Below, one piece after another: positions 9,829-18,415 of a stretch of DNA of 49,900 bases (the stretch's first letter is position 1; each line of letters starts with the position of its first letter). Made by a program: the position numbers and the translations under genes. Below the pieces are notes generated by a model. The model was given only the letters and a program-made list of their open reading frames with translations. It did no database searches and was not told the DNA's origin. Source of the DNA: Desulfobacterales bacterium (lineage in GTDB: Bacteria; Desulfobacterota; Desulfobacteria; Desulfobacterales; UBA11574); assembly GCA_012974475.1 (NCBI GenBank), contig JAAXQD010000219.1:1-49900 (forward strand), read 5' to 3'.

Positions 9829-10047
9829 TTACACAGATTCCACGCTGATTATCTCCGGAATTAGCTTCTTAATATACCGCTCAATACCCTGTTTGAGTGT
9901 CATCTGGGACATGGGACAACCGGCGCAGGCACCTTTTAATCTTACCTTGACAATATTATTTTCCACCTCAACAAGTTCCACATCTCCACCATCTGCCTGA
10001 AGAGACGGTCTGACATCATTTAACGCTTTTTCAACTTTTTCTTTCAT
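9829..10047 (-). CDS. NifU-like (Nfu C-terminal domain) Fe-S cluster carrier
   Basis: 72 aa. Contains LQADGGDVELVEV and a CAGCPMS CxxC motif typical of the NifU C-terminal domain. Confidence 0.75.
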   Translation of the reverse strand: MKEKVEKALNDVRPSLQADGGDVELVEVENNIVKVRLKGACAGCPMSQMTLKQGIERYIKKLIPEIISVESV

Positions 10048-10116
10048 TGGATTTGCGCTCCTTATTCTGTTGAATTCAAATTGTATTAGAGCTCGGTTTT
10101 TTAAAAAAACACTCCT

Positions 10117-10977
10117 TTATATATGTTTTTCGAGTACCGGCCGGATATTCCCGGGTGTTAATTGGACAGGAATCCTTCCTCCCAAAAGTTTCTCTTCATA
10201 GGTAGGTTTTTTTACCTGGTAAAAAATGCCTATGGGAATCTTTTCACCCTCTCCGTAAGCCCATTCTCCGGCCTTGACAAACGCGGCCTTTCTATCTGAA
10301 ACATCATGATTCAGCTGGATGAATTCATACACCCTTTCGTTGTAATAATCATAGGTATTAAAAAAGGTGAAACAAGGTTGAAGCACATCAATAAAGGAAA
10401 ACCCTTTATGGTTGATTGCCGCTTTAATCAAAAACTGAAGATGTTCCATATTTCGCGTATACCCTCTGGCGACAAAAGTGGCACCGGATGTCAGCATGAG
10501 TTCAATGGGATTCAACGGTTCTTCGGGGCTGCCTTTCGGGGTCGACCGCCCTTTAAACCCGGAAGGACTGGTGGGCGTAAACTGACCGGTTGTGAGTCCG
10601 TATACCCTGTTGTTGTGAACAATGAAGGTCATGTCTAAATTTCGCTTGGCACTGAAAATAAGATGCTCAATGCCTTCACCATATGCATCTCCGTCACCGG
10701 CGTGGCCGATTACCGTCAATTCCGGATTGGCCAGTTTAATTCCGGTCATGGGCGGGGGAACCCGGCCATGAATCGAATAGAAGGTGTTGACGTTGACATA
10801 GTCCACAATTTTAGCATGACACCCGATTCCCGAGACTATAGCGACTTTATTAAGATCGAGTCCATCATCTTCAAGATCTGCCAATGCTTTTTTGATGGAT
10901 GCCAAGATGCCGAAGTTGCCGCAACCGGGGCACCAGGTATTCTGGGCATAGGTCCCTAATTCTTTAATGGTTGTCAT
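10117..10977 (-). CDS. korB: 2-oxoacid:ferredoxin oxidoreductase beta subunit (TPP-binding)
   Basis: 286 aa. Contains WCPGCGNFG and the TPP motif GHAGDGDAYGEG...NN. The start overlaps the korA stop (ATGA). Confidence 0.85.
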   Translation of the reverse strand: MTTIKELGTYAQNTWCPGCGNFGILASIKKALADLEDDGLDLNKVAIVSGIGCHAKIVDYVNVNTFYSIHGRVPPPMTGIKLANPELTVIGHAGDGDAYGEGIEHLIFSAKRNLDMTFIVHNNRVYGLTTGQFTPTSPSGFKGRSTPKGSPEEPLNPIELMLTSGATFVARGYTRNMEHLQFLIKAAINHKGFSFIDVLQPCFTFFNTYDYYNERVYEFIQLNHDVSDRKAAFVKAGEWAYGEGEKIPIGIFYQVKKPTYEEKLLGGRIPVQLTPGNIRPVLEKHI

Positions 10978-12395
10978 GAAAGCACCTCCTTTACGTTGTC
11001 GAGCAAAATATCCACGGTAAAAGGACGCGCGTCAAAACGTAAAATCATATCATCAATGCAGAAACCGTGGCCGGAAATGAGTTTTGCCAGTTGTCCGGTG
11101 ACATTGACTTCCACATCTATGATTTTGTCGACGCCGGACAGGGCGTTTTTTAGCGCCTCTACCGGTAAAGGCTCCAAAATCAGGGGTTGGACCACTTTAA
11201 GATCTAGAGCCTCGGCCACTTCTATACACGCCCCTTTGGTTGAACCCCAACAGAGGAGGGCGGTTTTTGAATCAGGGTTTCCGTATACCTTTACTGTTTC
11301 ATATTTTTCAAGCTCATCTTCCAAGGCTTTTCTTTTACGCAACCGTTTCCTTTGCATTTGCTCAATCATTTCAGGTTCCTCAGTGGCAATACCGTACTCA
11401 TCATGTTCATAAGAGGTGGCTTTAATGATTGCCGACGAATTTCCCGGAAAGGCCAACGGTGAAATGCCGTTTTGAGTATCTATATATCTTTTGTATTCTC
11501 CCTGGTTGTTCCATAGAAACGGCTGTTCCGGTTTAACCTTGTCCAGATCGGCCTCGAAGCTGAATATGCTCTCGCTTAAATGCTTGTCGGTAAGCACAAG
11601 GGTCGGAATCTGAAATTTCCATGCAAGGTTCATGGCCATCCCGGCCGTGTAAAATGCTTCATCGGCATCGCCGGGTGCCAGCACCACCCTTAAAATTTCA
11701 CCATGCCCGGCATGGACAACAAAGGCCAGATCTCCCTGCATGGTGTATGTGGGAACACCGGTACTTGGCCCAGGTCTCTGAGCTTCCACGATAACCATGG
11801 GAAGTTCACCCTGTCCGGCCAGACTCAACGCTTCTGTCATCAACGCGAATCCTCCGCCGGAGGTGCCGACCATGGTCCTTGCGCCGGCATAGGCGGCTCC
11901 CAGTGCCATGAGTGCAACACCAATCTCACTTTCAGGGTGTACTGTAACCACCCCCAATTCGTTTTCGTGGGCTGCCAGATAATGGAGAATGGCCGATGCG
12001 GGGGTCATGGGATAGGCAATGTACATATTCAGACCGGCTTTGACCGCTCCAAGGGCAATGGCTTCATTCCCGGAGACCAGCGGAAGGGGTTTTTGATCCA
12101 GTTTTGGCACCGACTTGGAAGGATTTTCAACCCGATTGTAAGCATGCTGAGCGATTTTGAGATTCAAGTCGACGTCCTTTTCTACGGCATCCATGATAAC
12201 TTTTTCCAGGACAGACCATTCAATATTTAATACACCGGTCAGTGCCCCGATGGCTGCGGTGTTCCTCATAATCGGCTTTCCCTCGAACTTTTTTACAATT
12301 TCCATAAAGTCGAATCCCAAGCCTTCGGCATTGGCTTTTTTAGAATCATAGAGAATTATTCCGCCGGGATTGAGCCGATGTTTATGGTTCTCCAC
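10974..12395 (-). CDS. korA: 2-oxoacid:ferredoxin oxidoreductase alpha subunit with a partial N-terminal gamma domain (5'-truncated relative to the family)
   Basis: The alpha domain is intact (VSGNEAIALGAVKAG, YPMTPAS, GGGFALM). The first canonical start in frame is the GTG at 12395, which falls inside a gamma-domain sequence. Confidence 0.8.
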   Translation of the reverse strand: MENHKHRLNPGGIILYDSKKANAEGLGFDFMEIVKKFEGKPIMRNTAAIGALTGVLNIEWSVLEKVIMDAVEKDVDLNLKIAQHAYNRVENPSKSVPKLDQKPLPLVSGNEAIALGAVKAGLNMYIAYPMTPASAILHYLAAHENELGVVTVHPESEIGVALMALGAAYAGARTMVGTSGGGFALMTEALSLAGQGELPMVIVEAQRPGPSTGVPTYTMQGDLAFVVHAGHGEILRVVLAPGDADEAFYTAGMAMNLAWKFQIPTLVLTDKHLSESIFSFEADLDKVKPEQPFLWNNQGEYKRYIDTQNGISPLAFPGNSSAIIKATSYEHDEYGIATEEPEMIEQMQRKRLRKRKALEDELEKYETVKVYGNPDSKTALLCWGSTKGACIEVAEALDLKVVQPLILEPLPVEALKNALSGVDKIIDVEVNVTGQLAKLISGHGFCIDDMILRFDARPFTVDILLDNVKEVLS

Positions 12396-12530
12396 TGCAT
12401 CCTGATTTAAGGCTACAATGACATCGACCGTCTCTTTGTGCGCAACGATACGTTTTTCCGCGGCCCTGATGATGGAAAAATTGTGACCGCCACGTATCAG
12501 AGAGGGATAATCATCATACGATTTAGCGTG
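12396..12530 (-). other. In-frame gamma-domain coding remnant upstream of korA with no start codon
   Basis: The minus-strand frame continues as HAKSYDDYPSLIRGGHNFSIIRAAEKRIVAHKETVDVIVALNQDA up to a TAG at 12533-12531. It contains the Y-P-S-x-I-R-G-G gamma-domain motif. The expected ~40 aa N-terminus (GxGGxG strand) is absent. Confidence 0.6.
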
Positions 12531-12541
12531 CTATTGATCTT

Positions 12542-12569
12542 AATATAATCCCACACTGTGGCATGTCAA
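12542..12569 (-). promoter_or_regulatory. Sigma70-type promoter abutting the korA truncation point
   Basis: On the minus strand: TTGACA (12569-12564), a 16-nt spacer, then TATATT (12547-12542). It sits between the ferredoxin terminator and the kor remnant. Confidence 0.45.
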
Positions 12570-12588
12570 ACCTAATGTTATCGCAGGA

Positions 12589-12634
12589 TAAAAAGCGACG
12601 GGGCCAGATTTTCACCGTGCAACCCTGACCCCGC
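12589..12634 (-). terminator. Rho-independent terminator after the ferredoxin gene
   Basis: On the minus strand GCGGGGTCAG, a 17-nt loop and CTGGCCCCGTCGC form a ~9-bp GC-rich stem with one G-U pair, followed by TTTTTAT. It begins 11 nt after the ferredoxin stop. Confidence 0.55.
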
Positions 12635-12644
12635 TTAAATATAA

Positions 12645-12839
12645 TCAATCATCTTCTACGATAATGGCATCAGCGCCGCATTCATCTGCAGCCTGCCTGA
12701 CAAGCGCCTCGTATTGTGCAGGAACTTCATCCACCTTAACAATAGACTTCAGCTCGTCCTCATTGTATTCGAAAACTTCAGGACACAAGTCGTTACAACG
12801 CCGATCTCCCATGCAATTTTCAGTGACTTTTACTTTCAT
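12645..12839 (-). CDS. Small single-cluster ferredoxin
   Basis: 64 aa from the ATG at 12839 (AAGGAG SD 7 nt upstream). Cys pattern CMGDRRCNDLCP...C resembles Fer4_13-type 3Fe/4Fe ferredoxins. Confidence 0.8.
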   Translation of the reverse strand: MKVKVTENCMGDRRCNDLCPEVFEYNEDELKSIVKVDEVPAQYEALVRQAADECGADAIIVEDD

Positions 12840-12876
12840 TTTTTTCTCCTTATTCAATTAATTTCAAGCTGTGGGG

Positions 12877-13320
12877 TTAAGAAAACTTCTGACCAATGGC
12901 TTTCCCGTAATCCTGGCAGGCACGCGTCCCTTCATCCGTTTCCAATCCCTGTTCTTTCAGATTTAATGAACCCAGATCAACCATGTCCATTTTGAATACG
13001 TAAAGCATGGTGTCATATATCATGTCGGCAGATTCCCCGCTATGGGTATAGGACCCGAATGCGCCTCCCATCTTGCCCACCAGATTGGCTTTTTCCGCCA
13101 GGAATAGAAATGTTTTCATGCCCGCAGTGATGTCCCGATGATATGTGGGACACCCGAAGATAAAACCGTCATATCCTCCTATATCTTTTTCATCTTTTAT
13201 TTCAGAGATTTTTTTCAGCTCTGCGGTGTTTCCGGTGAGACGGACACCTTCAGCGATATATTCCGCCATTTTTTCCGTGTTTCCAGTTCTGCTGTAATAG
13301 CCGATAAGCACTTTTGCCAT
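12877..13320 (-). CDS. Short-chain flavodoxin
   Basis: 147 aa. The N-terminal FMN phosphate loop YYSRTGNTEKMA is present, along with GCPTYH. An AGGAGG SD is present. Confidence 0.8.
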   Translation of the reverse strand: MAKVLIGYYSRTGNTEKMAEYIAEGVRLTGNTAELKKISEIKDEKDIGGYDGFIFGCPTYHRDITAGMKTFLFLAEKANLVGKMGGAFGSYTHSGESADMIYDTMLYVFKMDMVDLGSLNLKEQGLETDEGTRACQDYGKAIGQKFS

Positions 13321-13360
13321 TTTTTACCTCCTTTTTAAATTTTTGAATATTTGTAATTTT

Positions 13361-13858
13361 TTAATCCACCCTGGAAAAAGCCTTGATGTTGGCGTTGCAA
13401 ACCGGGCATGTTTCCGGAGGTTCATTCTCACAGGTATAGCCACACACGCCGCAAACATAATAGCATTCCACGGCTTCAGGATTATCAAGACTGTCCAATG
13501 CCTTCTGGTAGAGATCGGCGTGTATTTTTTCAACTTCATTGGCATAGGTAAAGCTTCTCAGAGCTGCTTTGTCTCCTTCCGATTGTGCGGTTTCAATCAT
13601 TGCCGGATACATACTTTTAAACTCATGGGTTTCACCGGCAATGGCTTCTTTGAGATTTTCAGCGGTTGAATTTACTCCTTTGAGAACTCTCAGATGTGCA
13701 TGGGCATGGACGGTTTCAGCCTCTGCAGCCGCCCTGAAAAGGTTGGCAACTTTCGGATAACCTTCCCGATCCGCCTTTTTTGCAAATGCAAGATACTTTC
13801 GGTTGGCCTGGGATTCCCCGGCAAATGCTTCCTGTAAATTTTTTTCTGTTTGACTCAT
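13361..13858 (-). CDS. rbr: Rubrerythrin
   Basis: 165 aa. N-terminal di-iron four-helix motifs (EAFAGESQANRKY, E..H pairs) plus a C-terminal rubredoxin-like CGVCG...CPVC. Confidence 0.9.
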   Translation of the reverse strand: MSQTEKNLQEAFAGESQANRKYLAFAKKADREGYPKVANLFRAAAEAETVHAHAHLRVLKGVNSTAENLKEAIAGETHEFKSMYPAMIETAQSEGDKAALRSFTYANEVEKIHADLYQKALDSLDNPEAVECYYVCGVCGYTCENEPPETCPVCNANIKAFSRVD

Positions 13859-13873
13859 ACGATCTCCTCCTTT

Positions 13874-14344
13874 TTATTCAATTAAATCTTCCATGGTCAG
13901 TTCATAGTTGATATCAATACAACCGATGACGCTTTGGGCTCCGGGACACAATTTCAAATGGGCTTTAAGCGCATCTTTTGCCTCTGTCCTCTTTTCCTTT
14001 GGCAATTTAAGCCAGTAACTGACGTTAATGCGTGTAATTTTCAAAACACCGTCGACGTTTTCGATGTCACCGGTTACGACGGCTTTAAACTGATCTTTAA
14101 AGGTCCGAATCTTTTTGCCGGCCAGCACCGCGGCCAGTGTGCCCATCATTCAGCCGCCCACTGCACCGACAATGTGATCTAACGTTGCCGCATGCTCTTC
14201 TTCCGGATCAATTTTATAGAAATTTTTGATTCCGCCGTGGACCCCGTAATAGACCGGTTCAGCAAAACCCTTGATCACGGCTTTCCGGGTAGGCCCCATT
14301 TCTCTCGTGATCGTAATATGTGATGTGTGAACAATTTCAGCCAT
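13874..14344 (-). CDS. OsmC/Ohr-family peroxiredoxin-like protein with in-frame TGA (putative selenocysteine)
   Basis: Track ORFs 14150..14365 and 13874..14149 are contiguous in one frame, separated only by a TGA at 14152-14150. The read-through is ...LDHIVGAVGG-U-MMGTLAAVLAG..., at the conserved first-Cys position. The second conserved Cys is in LKLCPGAQS. The ATG at 14344 has an AAGGAGG SD. Confidence 0.75.
14118..14137 (-). promoter_or_regulatory. Candidate bacterial SECIS hairpin
   Basis: On the minus strand CUGGCC-GCGGUGCU-GGCCGG forms a 6-bp stem with one G-U pair and an 8-nt G/U-containing loop. It starts 12 nt downstream of the in-frame UGA. Confidence 0.45.
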
Positions 14345-14387
14345 AATTTCCTCCTTGATTATCACCCCGAACAGCGGGTGAATTATG

Positions 14388-14407
14388 TTAATGATATTTA
14401 ATGATAT
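14388..14407. repeat. Exact tandem 10-mer (TTAATGATAT x2) in the promoter region of the osmC-rbr-fld-fdx operon
   Basis: Read directly at 14388-14397 and 14398-14407, 44 nt upstream of the OsmC-like start. The AT-rich ATGATA content is reminiscent of Fur/PerR-type boxes. Confidence 0.4.
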
Positions 14408-14453
14408 TCTTATTATGAAACCATCATATGGGGCGATGGTTCATGTCGATTCA

Positions 14454-15923
14454 TCAATGAATCGGCATGCCCATGATCGGCCACAGAACATAAACTGCAA
14501 AACCGATCACTGAGATCAGCAAGATACTGGCCGGTATTCCGTATAGAAAGAATTCAGCGGGTGTAAATTGTCCGGATTCATATGCAATGGCATTTGGAGC
14601 AGCACCGACAAGCAAGAGAAACGGCATTCCTGCCGTGACCAAGGATGTAAAAAGGATGACATCCGGTGCTACGTTTAGATAAGAAGCAAGCACCAAGGCA
14701 ACCGGCAGGGAGATCGCGATGGCCGCTACGTTCATTAAAAAATTGGTCATGATCATAACGAAAAATGCAATGCCCATAATAAAGAAGAAACCGCTTGAAT
14801 TATGGAATATCATCAGCCATTTTACCGCAAGCCACTTGGCCGCACCTGTTTGCCAGAGGCAAAAACCCATACTCATGGCACCTGCAAAGAGCAGGATGAT
14901 ATTCCATGGTATTTCTTCAAGATCATCGATATCCAGGATGCCTGTGATAAAAAAAAGAATCGTTGACGTTAAAATAACGGCTGTTTTATCGAGAACCTTA
15001 AATGCCGGGAAAAAGGAACTCAGAGACATTGCCAGAATACAGGCAAAGACGATGACCATGGCGATAATCTCTTTTCTGGTAACAGGGCCCAGAGCTTTAT
15101 TGAGCCGGACAGCCCTTTCTCTTAAACCTGGAATACTGTTCTTTTCAGGCCTGAAGAAAAACATGAAAAACCCCCACAATAAAAACACCATCAGCCATCC
15201 TATGGGAAGCATATAATAGCTCAATTGAAAAAACGAGACATCCCTGCCCACAACATCATTATAAAAGCCGATGGCAACCGCACCCCGTGCAGCTCCCAAT
15301 AGCGTTACAATGCTCCCTGCCCCGGCGACGTAAGCCATGCCCATGAAGAGCCCCTTGCCAAACTTCGTGGGTTGGTCTTCTTCTCCATAAAGTCCGTAAA
15401 TAGAAACAAGGAGCGGATATATGGTTGCCGCTACAGCTGTATGGGCCATAATGTGAGTCAAAGCAGCGGTCAATACAAAACAGCCGAGATAAATCATGCT
15501 GGTTTTTTCACCGACGATCATCAGCATTTTATAGGCCATCCGTTTGGTAAGTCCTGTTTTTGTAAAAACCATGCCGATGACGATGGAGGCGAAGATAAAC
15601 ATGACCGAGGGGTCCATAAAGTCCGTGAACGCCGCCTTGGCCGGACGGATAAGGAAATAGACCTGAAGGACGCCGATGGCAAGGCTGGTGACGCCGACGG
15701 GTACGACTTCCAAAACCCACCAACTGGTGGCAAACAGAGATATCGCCAGAGCGCCTTTTCCTTCTCTGCTCAGTACAAAATGTTTTCCGGCCGGATCGAT
15801 GGCATCTGACCACGGCGGTGCATAATACACCAGTGCAAAGAGCAATATACCGGCAACAAGAAAAATAAATTGTTTTACGTTATAAGGACCGTTACTAACT
15901 TTAAATTCAAAATCTCCTGCCAT
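14454..15923 (-). CDS. DASS/SLC13-family (ArsB/NhaD superfamily) anion:Na+ symporter
   Basis: 489 aa polytopic protein. Size, repeated hairpin-like segments and GAxxN motifs are typical of di/tricarboxylate or sulfate DASS carriers. The substrate cannot be assigned. Confidence 0.75.
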   Translation of the reverse strand: MAGDFEFKVSNGPYNVKQFIFLVAGILLFALVYYAPPWSDAIDPAGKHFVLSREGKGALAISLFATSWWVLEVVPVGVTSLAIGVLQVYFLIRPAKAAFTDFMDPSVMFIFASIVIGMVFTKTGLTKRMAYKMLMIVGEKTSMIYLGCFVLTAALTHIMAHTAVAATIYPLLVSIYGLYGEEDQPTKFGKGLFMGMAYVAGAGSIVTLLGAARGAVAIGFYNDVVGRDVSFFQLSYYMLPIGWLMVFLLWGFFMFFFRPEKNSIPGLRERAVRLNKALGPVTRKEIIAMVIVFACILAMSLSSFFPAFKVLDKTAVILTSTILFFITGILDIDDLEEIPWNIILLFAGAMSMGFCLWQTGAAKWLAVKWLMIFHNSSGFFFIMGIAFFVMIMTNFLMNVAAIAISLPVALVLASYLNVAPDVILFTSLVTAGMPFLLLVGAAPNAIAYESGQFTPAEFFLYGIPASILLISVIGFAVYVLWPIMGMPIH

Positions 15924-15981
15924 AGATTAATTCCAAAAACTTTCACTCACAGAACGCATTAAGAAGATACGTTCCGGACAG

Positions 15982-16536
15982 TTAGAGTTCACAAACGGAA
16001 AGTGTTTGTACAACCTCTTTGAACATATCTGTTTGTCTTAGAATCCCCACAATTTTTTTGCCCCGGGTTACCAGTAGAGACTGATGATGCTCCAGAGCCA
16101 GCTGATGTATGGCTTCACTCAGGGACGCGTCTTCTGGAACATACTCTCCTTCGGCTGGAGCGCAGACCAGTATTTGGACTTTAAGCCGGCCCGCACCTCT
16201 ACAGATATCAATCAAAGGTTTGTCCCAAAATTCGCATTGATTGAGCATCGGTCGTAAATACTTAGCGCTGACACCAAAACGGGATAGTGTTTTTGAATCC
16301 CCGATCTGTTTTCCTTTGGGTTCCAATGCTCTGAGGACATCCAGCTGGCTAATTTTGCCGACAATCTCTCCCTTTTCATCGGATATAAGAAGTATTTTAT
16401 GGGGATAAATCCCCTGCTCATAATCTTTCTGAACCTTATCGAGGGCAAGAGCGGCTTCATAGAGATTGGCTTCAATGGAAATGGTCTCATATTCTGATAT
16501 GGGGGTCATTAAATCTTTTACAATTTTATTTTTCAT
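15982..16536 (-). CDS. CBS domain pair protein
   Basis: 184 aa with two CBS-like repeats (VKDLMTP..., LLVTRGKKIVGILRQTDMF). Confidence 0.7.
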   Translation of the reverse strand: MKNKIVKDLMTPISEYETISIEANLYEAALALDKVQKDYEQGIYPHKILLISDEKGEIVGKISQLDVLRALEPKGKQIGDSKTLSRFGVSAKYLRPMLNQCEFWDKPLIDICRGAGRLKVQILVCAPAEGEYVPEDASLSEAIHQLALEHHQSLLVTRGKKIVGILRQTDMFKEVVQTLSVCEL

Positions 16537-16793
16537 GTTGCGTCTTCCATGGTAGGTCTATTCATGCTCTTCCAGAAAACGGACCATAGATTCTTTAATC
16601 CGTTTACCAACCTCAGACGATAGCTGAATTGAAAGGTTCGAGTCTTCACTGCTTTCGGAATACAGATGTTTTTTTTCGAAAGTGATCGATGATTTTGTGT
16701 TTAAGAATACCGGCAAACCAAGTTTTTATGGATGAACGGTTTCGATATTTTTATTCAGCCTAAATTTTCAATGCGTTGATTGTCACGAAGAAT

Positions 16794-18389
16794 TTAGGTC
16801 CAGTATGGATTGATGAGGTCTTCAAATATGGCCATAGCCGCTTCTGCACCGTGTCCGGCGGCCGTTACGATTTGCTTGTATCCCCCGGACACATCTCCGG
16901 CCGTATAAATTCCCGGAATATTTGTCCTGTAATTATCATGCTTTATAAACCCTTCATCCGAAAGCTCGATCCCAATTTTTTGGGCCAGCTCGACAGCAGG
17001 ATCATACCCAATGGCAATAAAGACGCCATTAACGGATCGAGGATAAGATTCTTCGGTATTATTGTTGAAAAGCAGAACTTCTTCTACGTTATGTTTTCCC
17101 CTGATTTCCTTGACTTCAGTATCAAAAAGTATCGGAATATTATTTTGTATCAGGTTTTTCACCAAAAAATCCTGAGCTTTTAGATTATCTCTCCTGTGAA
17201 CCAGGGTGATATCCACGCCGATATGATGCAAATGAAGTGCTTCTGTAACGGCACTGTTGCCGCCGCCGACAATAATGACTTTTTTCCCCTTAAAAAGCGG
17301 GCCGTCACAGGTACTGCAATAACTGACGCCATGCCCTGAAAGGCGTAATTCGCCAGGGACGCCGAGATTCCTGTGCGTCGCCCCGGTGGCCATCAATACG
17401 GCCTTGGTCTTGAATTTTCGTCGGGTGGTTTGTACGTTGATAGGATCATTGAGGGTGATCTCAACAACCCCTTCTCCCGGGAAAATCTGTACATATTCCA
17501 AAGCATGGGTCACCATAATATCAACAAGTGTTTTTCCGCCAATTTGTTTGAGGCCCGGATAATTTTCAACAACCGGGGTGGTGGCCACCTGACCCCCAAG
17601 GACCCCTTTTTCTACGACCACCGTTTTAAGACCGCTTCGTGCTGCGTATATCCCGGCTGTCAGTCCCGCCGGGCCGCCCCCCACAATTACCAGATCTGCC
17701 TCGACTTCCTCTGCATCACTTTCGGGAATGAATACCGTCTGTTCCTCCATTTTATCCAGAGATAGCATAAAAAGCTCTTCCGTCTGTGCACCCTGGGCAA
17801 TCAAAATGTCATTTGCATATGTTTGGGGAACAGATTGGGCTGAATATCGGGTGGCAAGTTCAGGGTTGGCTTGGATGTCGATGATTTCCAGAGAAACTAA
17901 CCCGGGTTTTTCAACAGCCGCCTTTAACGCGTTCAGCGCCTGCTGGGGACAATACGGACAGCTTGCGCTGACAAATACCTTGATATTTCTTGGGGTGTCT
18001 ATACGTTTTATGATCTGGAGTGATTGTTCGTTGAGATTGCTCTTCTGAAGACCGATGAGGATGAGCGCTTCCAGAAAGATACGCCCCTCTTCACCGAGGG
18101 GTGCTCCCAGCCACCGGATATTGTATCGGTCCGGATCGAAAACCAGAGTAGGCGAATATTCAACGTTCCATTTTTTTGCGGATTCATGATATAAATTAAA
18201 TTCGCGCAATACAATTTTATCGGTGAGCTGCCGAAAAAAACGAATGGCCTGCCTGGCGGTATCAGTGAATACATCATTTTGGCCGGGCTGAGCGTACAAA
18301 AAAATAGGAATTTCTGCTTTGATCGCACCCAAAATTCTTTCAATTTCTTTTTGGGCTTCCAGTGCCTGAATGTCTTCCTGTTGATCCAT
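16794..18389 (-). CDS. AhpF-like fusion: N-terminal thioredoxin/glutaredoxin-fold domains plus thioredoxin-disulfide reductase
   Basis: 531 aa. N-terminal CPYC redox motif (SASCPYCPQ), FAD motif VIVGGGPAGLTAG, TrxR active site CSTCDG, NAD(P) motif VGGGNSA. Confidence 0.8.
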   Translation of the reverse strand: MDQQEDIQALEAQKEIERILGAIKAEIPIFLYAQPGQNDVFTDTARQAIRFFRQLTDKIVLREFNLYHESAKKWNVEYSPTLVFDPDRYNIRWLGAPLGEEGRIFLEALILIGLQKSNLNEQSLQIIKRIDTPRNIKVFVSASCPYCPQQALNALKAAVEKPGLVSLEIIDIQANPELATRYSAQSVPQTYANDILIAQGAQTEELFMLSLDKMEEQTVFIPESDAEEVEADLVIVGGGPAGLTAGIYAARSGLKTVVVEKGVLGGQVATTPVVENYPGLKQIGGKTLVDIMVTHALEYVQIFPGEGVVEITLNDPINVQTTRRKFKTKAVLMATGATHRNLGVPGELRLSGHGVSYCSTCDGPLFKGKKVIIVGGGNSAVTEALHLHHIGVDITLVHRRDNLKAQDFLVKNLIQNNIPILFDTEVKEIRGKHNVEEVLLFNNNTEESYPRSVNGVFIAIGYDPAVELAQKIGIELSDEGFIKHDNYRTNIPGIYTAGDVSGGYKQIVTAAGHGAEAAMAIFEDLINPYWT

Positions 18390-18415
18390 CGTTTATTTTC
18401 CTTTTTTTTATGAAA

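Noticed and set aside
11703-12230. 175-aa plus-strand ORF inside korA
   Set aside because: A shadow ORF opposite a strongly supported gene.
16633-16650. GGTTCGAGTC, a tRNA T-loop-like string
   Set aside because: The flanks do not form a T-stem, acceptor stem or anticodon arm. It is not a tRNA.
16558-16725. Start-less ~50-aa minus-strand reading frame (...HLYSESSEDSNLSIQLSSEVGKRIKESMVRFLEEHE) ending 22 nt before the CBS gene, next to an A8 homopolymer
   Set aside because: It has no ATG or GTG start, only a TTG without an SD, and no family recognised. It could be another gene remnant, but I cannot support it.
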